DNA of 64,000 nucleotides, taken from positions 14,848 through 78,847 of the forward strand of contig JABCZM010000002.1 in assembly GCA_013289705.1 (NCBI GenBank), given 5' to 3'. Below are positions 57,788 to 64,000 of this stretch, piece by piece (the stretch's first letter is position 1; each line of letters opens with the position of its first letter). Made by a program: the position numbers and the translations under genes. This DNA comes from Candidatus Saccharimonadota bacterium (GTDB lineage: Bacteria > Patescibacteriota > Saccharimonadia > Saccharimonadales > UBA4665). The notes below the pieces were generated by a model that saw only the letters and a list, made by a program, of their open reading frames with translations, was not told the DNA's origin and did no database searches.

Positions 57788-58822
57788 ATGACCAAAAAGA
57801 CTGCTGCAAAGGTATCGGTAGTAATCCCGAACTGGAACGGCATTGATTCTATCGGTGCCTGTTTGGATTCGCTGCTTGCCCAAACTTACAAGCCACGCAT
57901 TATTGTCGTCGAAAACGGCTCAAAAGACGGCTCACTTAAATTCATACAGCAAAACTATCCATCCGTAGAACTCGTAATACACAAAAGAAATAAAGGGTTT
58001 GCAGGTGGCGTTAATGCCGGCATCCGCAGAGCAATGCGGCATCATGGTGACGAATTTGTGGCTCTGCTTAACAACGATGCCGTGGCGGACGCACACTGGC
58101 TCGAACACTTGCTAGACGATATACAAGCCAATACCGACACCGGTATCGTAACCTGCAAACTAATGGATCAGCACAAAAAACACCTCGACAGCACCGGTGA
58201 TCAATATACCATTTGGGGCCTACCTTTTCCGCGAGGCCGAGGCGAACCAGTGAGCGACAAATACGATGACCACGTGCAAGTCTTTGGGGCCAGCGGCGGC
58301 GCCAGCCTGTACCGCGTCAGTATGCTGGAGCAGATTGGGTTATTTGACGAGGATTTCTTTGCCTACTATGAAGATGTTGATCTTAGTTTTCGGGCACAAT
58401 TGGCTGGCTGGAAGGTGCGCTATGTGCCGGAGGCGATTGCCTACCACCAAATCGGGGCTACCAGCGGTAAAATTAAAGGATTTACGACTCGCCAGACAGT
58501 CAAAAATCTACCGTGGCTACTGTTAAAGAATGCCCCGTTCAGCATTCTGGTGCGTGTTTTGCCGCGATTCATGTTCGCTTACCTGTCGTTTATTATTATG
58601 GCAGCCGCTCGCGATCAAGGCTACGCCGCACTCATGGGCTATTTTCAGATGGTGTTCTTGCTGCCAAAAAAGGTACTGCAACGATTGCAAATTCAGCATC
58701 ACCGCAAAGTAAAATCTTCCTACATATGGAACATCATGACGCACGAACTACCGCCAAACGCGCGCAGGCTACGACTACTGTTCCACCCCATTAAAAGTTT
58801 GGCAAAAGATAGAGACCATTAA
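57788..58822 (+). CDS. glycosyltransferase family 2 (rhamnosyltransferase-like)
   Basis: VSVVIPNWNGIDSIGACLDSLLAQTY, NNDAVAD, GASGGASLYRV and YYEDVDLSFRAQLAGW. Confidence 0.85.
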   Translation: MTKKTAAKVSVVIPNWNGIDSIGACLDSLLAQTYKPRIIVVENGSKDGSLKFIQQNYPSVELVIHKRNKGFAGGVNAGIRRAMRHHGDEFVALLNNDAVADAHWLEHLLDDIQANTDTGIVTCKLMDQHKKHLDSTGDQYTIWGLPFPRGRGEPVSDKYDDHVQVFGASGGASLYRVSMLEQIGLFDEDFFAYYEDVDLSFRAQLAGWKVRYVPEAIAYHQIGATSGKIKGFTTRQTVKNLPWLLLKNAPFSILVRVLPRFMFAYLSFIIMAAARDQGYAALMGYFQMVFLLPKKVLQRLQIQHHRKVKSSYIWNIMTHELPPNARRLRLLFHPIKSLAKDRDH

Positions 58823-58878
58823 AACAGTTGACCCTCATAAACCCGTACGGTACTATTGCCTCGTAAGCCAAACCAGCA

Positions 58879-59289
58879 GTGCTGGACGCACAAAGGGACT
58901 GTATGCAATTTCAGGCTCACGGTGGCATCAATATCTTGGGAGTAGTCGGTACAGTCTATCACTGGGTAGATGTATTGAGTGGGCCCGTGCTGGGATTGGC
59001 GATTGTTATCTGGGCTATCCGAAAATATCTGGCATTTCGCTGGCACCGCACGCAACCAACCATCTTGTTTGAACTGACACCTCCTGCCTCAAGCAAACGG
59101 ACACCGCACGCCACCGAACAGTTCCTTATGAGTCTGCATTCACTGGGCAGGCATCTTACGTTTAGCCAGCGATTGCTCGGCAGAACAGCGGTCTTTTCGT
59201 TGGAACTACCAGCATCGCGTCGCAAGGGTATTCGCTACGCCGTACGAGTTAGGGTTACGAGACGTGTTGAGAACACTATTTTTCGTTGA
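58879..59289 (+). pseudogene. N-terminal fragment of a membrane-anchored ATPase-type gene (resembles the N-terminus of CPR DUF87/T4SS-coupling-like proteins)
   Basis: TM helix LSGPVLGLAIVIWAI, then ILFELTPP...TEQFLMSLHSLG...FSLELPASRRKGIRYAVRV. The ORF ends after about 125 aa, just before a TA cassette promoter. The ATPase body is absent. Confidence 0.35.
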
Positions 59290-59297
59290 ACGTTTTA

Positions 59298-59326
59298 TTG
59301 ACAAACGTATTACGTTTTGCTATTTT
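59298..59326 (+). promoter_or_regulatory. TA module A promoter TTGACA-N17-TATTTT with embedded perfect palindrome AAACGTAtTACGTTT
   Basis: -35 at 59298-59303, palindrome at 59303-59317, -10 at 59321-59326, ATG at 59333 (6 nt after the -10 box, leaderless-type). Confidence 0.5.
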
Positions 59327-59332
59327 AAGGAC

Positions 59333-59578
59333 ATGAGTAATGTTATTTCTAGCAAATACCAGGTTGTCATACCTAAGGCCATACGAAAACAGTTGGGCAT
59401 CAAACCTGGTCAAAGAGTACGTGTCGAAGCGGGTAAAAATGGTGATATCGTTCTAAAACAAGAGCCTGAGCAAAAAAGCTACCGAAGCCTCATTGGTACG
59501 CTTGAAGCCCAGGCCGAAGACCCTGTCGTGCGGATCCGGCGTCTGCGCGACAACTGGAGACGCGGTGATATACATTGA
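59333..59578 (+). CDS. vapB: AbrB/SpoVT-type antitoxin, paralog A
   Basis: MSNVISSKYQVVIPKAIRKQLGIKPGQRVRV. 81 aa. Overlaps the PIN gene. Confidence 0.75.
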   Translation: MSNVISSKYQVVIPKAIRKQLGIKPGQRVRVEAGKNGDIVLKQEPEQKSYRSLIGTLEAQAEDPVVRIRRLRDNWRRGDIH

Positions 59579-59957
59579 TGCCAACATCCTCATATACTTG
59601 CTGGAAGATCATGGCGAAAAAAGCTTGTTTGTAGCCGATACGTTAGATGAGTTCCGAGCAAAACAACAGCCGTTTCTTACCTCGGTAATAACCATCACCG
59701 AGTTTTTGGCCGGTACCCGCACACTGAACAGAGACACGCTCGGTACTATTTCTGGTCTTGGGTTTCAAATTGTCGACGAAACAATTGCCGAAAGCGCAGC
59801 CAGACTCCAAAGAGATAAAAACCTTAAAATCGGCGACGCAGTACACCTAGCAACCGCCATCCAGAACAATGCAGCTGTTTTCTTTACGAATGATAGGCAG
59901 CTTGCAAAGGCAGCTTCGCAGTATTTAGAAGTTAAAACACTGTCGATGGTCGTATGA
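59565..59957 (+). CDS. vapC: PIN-domain toxin, paralog A
   Basis: GTG start giving (M)IYIDANILIYLLED..., ITEFL and GDAVHLATAIQNNAAVFFTNDRQL. The stop overlaps the next ATG (ATGA). Confidence 0.75.
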   Translation: MIYIDANILIYLLEDHGEKSLFVADTLDEFRAKQQPFLTSVITITEFLAGTRTLNRDTLGTISGLGFQIVDETIAESAARLQRDKNLKIGDAVHLATAIQNNAAVFFTNDRQLAKAASQYLEVKTLSMVV

Positions 59958-61051
59958 GCAAGATCGTCATCTGTTCACGCGAATGGAGCGGCAGCACCGG
60001 CCGGTATGCACGAGCCCTGGTCGAGCATTTGCAGGATATCGACACAAAAAATCAGTACATCATACTGCTCAAACCAGAAGACGCTGCCAGCTGGCAGCCA
60101 AAAAACCCGCGATTCTCGGTGCTAGCCTGCCCTCACAAAGAATTTAGCTTCGATGAACAATTTGGGCTCAAAAAACAACTTGAGATTTTACGGCCGGACC
60201 TCGTGCATTTCACGATGGTGCAGCAGCCCGCTTGGTACGGTGGCAAAGTTGTGACCACCATGCAAGACCTCACAACCATCCGTTTTCGCAATCTTTCTAA
60301 AAACCCAATTGTATTCGCTATCAAACAACAGGTCTATCGATGGCTCAATAAAAAGGTGGCAAAAAAATCAGTTGCCATTATTACACCTTCGCAATTCGTC
60401 CGTCTCGACGTGGCAAGCTTTACGCGCATCAATCCCGACAAGATAACCGTTACCCACGAAGGTGCCGATAGAATTACCAACAACCCGGAACCTGTGAAAG
60501 GCCTAGAAAAAGCACAATTCATCATGTATCTTGGCCGACCCATGACTCACAAAAACTTACCACGACTAATTGAAGCATTCAAAAAATTACAGATAGACCG
60601 GCCCGAACTTCGACTCGTGCTTGCAGGCAAAAAAGATGATAATTACCAGAAAATTGAGCGGGTTGTAGCAGCCCAGGGCACTAAAAATGTAGCCTTCACC
60701 GACTACGTAAGCGAAGGCCAGCTTCGTTGGCTCTACGAACACTGTGCAGCCTACGTCTTTCCTTCGCTGAGCGAAGGTTTCGGCCTACCAGGTCTAGAAG
60801 CTATGGCGCATGGCGCCCCAGTGATTAGCAGTAACGCTACTTGTTTACCTGAAATATACGGTGATGCAGTGTACTACTTTGACCCCGTAAACATCGACGA
60901 CATGGCAAAAAAAATCGGTGAGGTGCTTGATAGTGAACGCTTGCGTCAAGAACTGATTGCCGCCGGAAACCTGCAAGTCGATAAGTACTCGTGGCGGCGC
61001 ATGGCCAAGCAAACATTGGCCGTCTACGAACAAGCACTCAAACACACATAA
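59954..61051 (+). CDS. glycosyltransferase family 4 (GT-B)
   Basis: 365 aa. C-terminal YVFPSLSEGFGLPGLEAMAHGAPVISS (E-x7-E). Confidence 0.85.
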   Translation: MSKIVICSREWSGSTGRYARALVEHLQDIDTKNQYIILLKPEDAASWQPKNPRFSVLACPHKEFSFDEQFGLKKQLEILRPDLVHFTMVQQPAWYGGKVVTTMQDLTTIRFRNLSKNPIVFAIKQQVYRWLNKKVAKKSVAIITPSQFVRLDVASFTRINPDKITVTHEGADRITNNPEPVKGLEKAQFIMYLGRPMTHKNLPRLIEAFKKLQIDRPELRLVLAGKKDDNYQKIERVVAAQGTKNVAFTDYVSEGQLRWLYEHCAAYVFPSLSEGFGLPGLEAMAHGAPVISSNATCLPEIYGDAVYYFDPVNIDDMAKKIGEVLDSERLRQELIAAGNLQVDKYSWRRMAKQTLAVYEQALKHT

Positions 61052-62175
61052 TGAGCACTCCAGGTAACGGCAAACAACTACTCAATAGCCTGACATCGCT
61101 CCGGTTTTTTGCCGCCCTACTGGTGTTTCTGTGGCACACGCATTTGTGGGGCAACCATCTCGACAGATACCAGCTTGGCTACGCGGGCGTGTCATTCTTT
61201 TATATGCTGTCTGGTTTCGTGCTGACCTACGCCTATTACAAACGAATTACCATAGGCAAATTTACAGCCATTAAGTCCTACTATATTGCTCGGATTGCCA
61301 AGATTTATCCCGTTCATCTACTGACTTTTGCACTAGCAATACCGCTAGCTTTCTACGTCGTGCATGCCAGTGGCGTTGCAGAATTTCTAAAGCAAGCCGT
61401 TGCCAATGTTTTCCTCGTCCAAAGCTTTTCGCCACATATTCCCTACTATTTTGCCTTCAATGCCGTTTCGTGGAGCATTTCGGATGAGCTGTTTTTCTAT
61501 TTACTTATGCCCGTGTTTATATTCATCGCGTTCCGCCTGCGCAACAAGCTGTCTATTGGAAAACTTGTACTGAGCATGCTTGTTATCTGGATTGCAATGG
61601 TCGCCCTACTAACAGGAAAAGTTGCCGTGCTTGATCAGTGGGCCTATTATGTCTTGCCGTTGATTCGCTTGCCCGACTTTGTCCTAGGCATCTTGCTGTG
61701 TCTTGTATACTGGAAAAGCCAATCGACGAAACTCAATTCTATAAGGACTACGTGATTTAGTCTCGCCGAGATCAGCGCACTCACATTGTTGGTAACGGGG
61801 TTCATCGGCGACGCTCACTTGCCTCAGGCACTGCACTTTGACGTCGGCTTTTTGCCGTTTTGGACCATACTTATCTTCGTATTTGCACATGAGCGTGGCA
61901 TTATCTCGAAGCTATTAGGCCGCCGGCCGTTCGTGTTTCTGGGTGAAATTAGCTTTTCGTTCTACATGCTACACCAGCTTGTTATTCGGTACATCTGGCA
62001 CTACGGGATCAAGCCAGTTGCACCAATCGCGTTCACCATAACACTTGTGGGCAGCGCAGCGCTATTCCTTTTGTACGAGGAAAACATGCGCAAACTAGTC
62101 CGCAACAAGCTCGAAGCTAAGCTCGTTTGGCCAAGAAAAAACAAAGACACAGTGCTAGCAGAAGAGGCATTTTAG
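61051..62175 (+). pseudogene. acyltransferase family 3 (OafA/YrhL-like O-acyltransferase) interrupted by one in-frame TGA
   Basis: LTSLRFFAALLVFLWH start motif and about 10 TM helices. ORFs 61051-61755 and 61786-62175 are in the same frame, separated only by TGA at 61753-61755 (…IRTT*FSLAEISALTLLV…). Combined length of 374 codons fits the family. Confidence 0.7.
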
Positions 62176-62178
62176 AAT
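62161..62178 (+). repeat. direct repeat copy 1 (acyltransferase last codons + stop: GAAGAGGCATTTTAGAAT)
   Basis: Matches 62928-62945 at 17 of 18 positions. Weaker similarity continues for about 14 more nt. Confidence 0.6.
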
Positions 62179-62227
62179 TACGAACCAATTCGTTTTACTC
62201 TCACTAAATTGCCTGTTGTTTTACGAA

Positions 62228-62256
62228 TTGACAAAGGTTTTACGTTTTGATATAGT
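62228..62256 (+). promoter_or_regulatory. TA module B promoter TTGACA-N17-TATAGT with TTTTACG repeats
   Basis: -35 at 62228-62233 and -10 at 62251-62256. TTTTACG at 62219 and 62238. ATG at 62264. Confidence 0.5.
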
Positions 62257-62263
62257 TGAACTT

Positions 62264-62506
62264 ATGAAAAACAACTCCTTGGCACTGTCCAGTAAGTACC
62301 AAATCGTCATCCCGAAAGCTGCTCGACAGAAAATGGGTCTTGATAAAGCTATCGGCCAGCGCCTGCGTGTGAAGAGTGTCACTGAAAACGAGATTGTTTT
62401 TAGCAAAGAACCTTCTATTGACGACTTCTTGGGCGCGTTTGGTGACACCTTCCCTAAAAATACCGCCGCTAAGATCCGTAAAATGCGTGATGAGGAATGG
62501 GACTAA
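62264..62506 (+). CDS. vapB: AbrB/SpoVT-type antitoxin, paralog B
   Basis: MKNNSLALSSKYQIVIPKAARQKMGL...IRKMRDEEWD. Confidence 0.75.
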   Translation: MKNNSLALSSKYQIVIPKAARQKMGLDKAIGQRLRVKSVTENEIVFSKEPSIDDFLGAFGDTFPKNTAAKIRKMRDEEWD

Positions 62507-62509
62507 ACA

Positions 62510-62929
62510 ATGCTCATCGCACTGGACAGCAACATACTCATCGCCGCCCTGTCGCCACACGAAGAGCACTCCATATGGGCACAGCAACTTATAAAAGATA
62601 TTGCCAGCAACCGCTATCAAGCCGTGGTTTCGTCGATAGCTTACGGGGAAATCTTGAGTTTCAGCACACAACAAGTAGCAAGAGCCCTCGATCTAGGCTC
62701 GTTTCTTAGACAGATTAAAAATTGCGCGACTATAGCGGCAGATGACACGATCTGCTTGGCGGCTGGCGAGCTAAGAAGGACGTACGGCGGCAAGCTCAAG
62801 CTGCCCGATGCACTGCATCTTACCACAGCCCTCAACCAAAAGGCAGATTTATTCATCACGAACGATTTTAAGTTAGCGAAAGTTGCAGAGAGTATCGTAG
62901 CAACCAAGACTTTGGGTGAGTGGGTATGA
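62510..62929 (+). CDS. vapC: PIN-domain toxin, paralog B
   Basis: MLIALDSNILIAAL, YGEIL and PDALHLTTALNQKADLFITNDFKL. Confidence 0.8.
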   Translation: MLIALDSNILIAALSPHEEHSIWAQQLIKDIASNRYQAVVSSIAYGEILSFSTQQVARALDLGSFLRQIKNCATIAADDTICLAAGELRRTYGGKLKLPDALHLTTALNQKADLFITNDFKLAKVAESIVATKTLGEWV

Positions 62930-62945
62930 AGAGGCATCTTAGAAT
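62928..62945 (+). repeat. direct repeat copy 2 (GAAGAGGCATCTTAGAAT)
   Basis: Overlaps the vapC-B stop codon. Would read EEAS* versus EEAF* in copy 1. Confidence 0.6.
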
Positions 62946-63083
62946 CGCCAGCCGATTCGCCGGTGAGGCCATATAAGCACTCAACAACAATCGTTTGCGC
63001 CAAGAACTGACTACGGAGCCGGAAATGTTAGCTGCGCATAAACAGATAGTAGAATAGTAAGAAGTATTCTTTTTAACCTACCA

Positions 63084-63113
63084 TTAACAAACGTCTTACT
63101 TTTTTGCTAACAT
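63084..63113 (+). promoter_or_regulatory. TA module C promoter TTAACA-N18-TAACAT (degenerate version of the A/B promoter)
   Basis: ATTAACAAACGTCTTACTTTTTTGCTAACAT aligns with ATTGACAAACGTATTACGTTTTGCTATTTT of module A. ATG at 63121. Confidence 0.4.
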
Positions 63114-63120
63114 TTTACAC

Positions 63121-63366
63121 ATGGACATAACTGTTTCAACAAAGTACCAGATAGTAATACCGAAAGCTGTGAGAAAGCAGCTTGGCATCAAACCTGGTCA
63201 AAAACTCCGTATCGATAGCGTCGTTGGTAAACAAGTCACCCTATCAGCACCTCTGACAACAGAAGAATATCTAGATAAATATGCCGACTCACTCAAGGGC
63301 ACCGTCTGGCAAAAGTCAGGAATGGATGCAACCGAATGGATCCGCAAAATGCGTGACGAGGACTAG
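63121..63366 (+). CDS. vapB: AbrB/SpoVT-type antitoxin, paralog C
   Basis: MDITVSTKYQIVIPKAVRKQLGIKPGQKLRI...IRKMRDED. Shares a 19-nt identical run (63184-63202) with paralog A (59396-59414). Confidence 0.75.
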   Translation: MDITVSTKYQIVIPKAVRKQLGIKPGQKLRIDSVVGKQVTLSAPLTTEEYLDKYADSLKGTVWQKSGMDATEWIRKMRDED

Positions 63367-63375
63367 AGCTAAATC

Positions 63376-63566
63376 GTGATCGGACTTGATAGCAAACTAC
63401 TTTTACCCGCTGACAACGCTATTGCCCACCGTGCTGGCGTGCTTCGATTCAAACACGGTATTAAAACACCGACGCTATTCGCTTAGCTACAGCAGAACTT
63501 GCTGGGGCAGTCACATTTATTACAAAGACCTTAGGCTGGTTAGGCTCAAACTTGCTTCTGGCCTAA
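63376..63566 (+). pseudogene. decayed PIN toxin, paralog C (internal deletion plus frameshift)
   Basis: GTG-VIGLDSKLLLP... (PIN N-terminus) runs into TAG at 63484. The PIN C-terminus DAIRLATAELAGAVTFITK is readable in another frame (63471-63566). Total length is about 190 nt versus about 400 nt for intact paralogs. Confidence 0.65.
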
Positions 63567-63596
63567 AAATACTACCCTTGGTGGGTTAACCTCAGC

Positions 63597-64000
63597 CTAT
63601 TCGGCGAGCTTCAATACAATATGTCGGTCGCGGCCATCGCCGGCCGATTCACTCGTCAGGCCATATTCGGCGGCAAGCTGGTGCACAATGCGGCGATCAG
63701 CAGCGTTCATTGGTCGAAGTTCCATTGGTTCGCCACTGTCTTTGACATGCTTAACCCAATCTTCGGCGGTATGGCTAAGACGCTCGGCGCGCTGCTTTTT
63801 GTAGTCGGCAACATCGACGTTCACGCGGGTATACTGGTAATTGCTATTTTTGAGGGCAGTACTTACCAAATACTGCAGGGAGTGCATGGTTTCGGCGTGC
63901 TGACCAATCAAAAATCCGTTTAAATGTGTCGAAGGAACACTAAGCTGAATAACTTCTTCGTCACTGCTGGCGTGAATGTCGATGTTGGCCCCAAAAAACG
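63597..64000 (-). CDS. jag: Jag/KhpB-type RNA-binding protein (KH + R3H), 5' end beyond the window
   Basis: C-terminal R3H motif MNAADRRIVHQLAAEYGLTSESAGDGRDRHIVL. The KH-like LIGQHAETMHSLQYLV lies upstream. The frame stays open to position 64000. Confidence 0.75.
   Translation of the reverse strand, partial: FFGANIDIHASSDEEVIQLSVPSTHLNGFLIGQHAETMHSLQYLVSTALKNSNYQYTRVNVDVADYKKQRAERLSHTAEDWVKHVKDSGEPMELRPMNAADRRIVHQLAAEYGLTSESAGDGRDRHIVLKLAE

Noticed and set aside
59493-59564. Longer start for PIN toxin A
   Set aside because: The extension lies wholly inside the antitoxin gene in another frame. PIN domains begin at the I-Y-I-D-A-N motif, which is reachable from GTG at 59565.
61753-61755. In-frame TGA as evidence for genetic code 25/4 (TGA = Gly/Trp) or selenocysteine
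   Set aside because: Many well-delimited genes in the window terminate at TGA where homologs end (rfbA, WbaP-like, vapB-A, vapC-A/B, 46533-47135). No other in-frame TGA was noticed. Acyltransferase_3 is not a selenoprotein family and no SECIS-like hairpin is evident.
63386-63589. 67-aa ORF downstream of antitoxin C
   Set aside because: It reads across the decayed PIN gene in a third frame. Its translation has no PIN or other motif, whereas the two other frames contain recognisable PIN N- and C-terminal pieces.

Overview
This is a 64-kb chromosomal window with about 70 genes. There are no rRNA or tRNA genes, no CRISPR array, and no transposase or integrase. All family calls come from motif recognition in the supplied translations; no searches were run.

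The gene content suggests a small-genome, Gram-positive-like CPR/Patescibacteria organism, possibly Saccharibacteria-like. This is inference only. It rests on many single-pass membrane-anchored surface proteins, an archaeal-type AspRS, pilin-like genes, abundant PIN toxin-antitoxin (TA) modules and a very large glycan locus.

Layout:
- 0-22 kb: housekeeping and DNA-repair genes (MazG-like, TsaC, a cysteine-free MutY-like glycosylase, AlkA-like, AspRS, NadD). Also anchored beta-propeller surface proteins, a D-amino-acid oxidase next to a frameshifted Ldh_2 gene, an MFS/MarR pair, a DsbA-like protein, and Doc and VapBC TA modules.
- 22.9-37 kb: cell-envelope glycan block 1 (GtrA, O-antigen-ligase-like, WbaP-like initiating transferase, GT4, glmS, ManC-like, PMM, rfbB, rfbCDA).
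- 37.7-62.2 kb: a compositionally mosaic, partly AT-rich glycan block 2. It holds GtrA, two TIM-barrel sugar isomerases, an SDR, three GT-A-type genes, an FAD oxidoreductase, a GT-C-like polytopic protein, a WbsX/RgpF fusion, a coiled-coil methyltransferase, Wzt/Wzm, more GTs and an acyltransferase.

Most notable observations:
1. TA cassettes sit exactly at the 3' ends of glycan genes and are bracketed by duplications of the host gene's tail. The duplication is 102 bp at glmS and 18-32 bp at the acyltransferase.
2. Three paralogous, apparently leaderless AbrB-PIN modules share a promoter/operator. One has a decayed toxin.
3. Seven copies of the 8-mer TATCGCCC occur at 11-bp phasing, right after an AlbA_2/HATPase_c_4 gene and before a GT2 gene.
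4. Several decay signatures are present: a poly-G(8) frameshift, an in-frame TGA, a SipW fragment, a TSP3-repeat fragment, and a truncated membrane-ATPase N-terminus.
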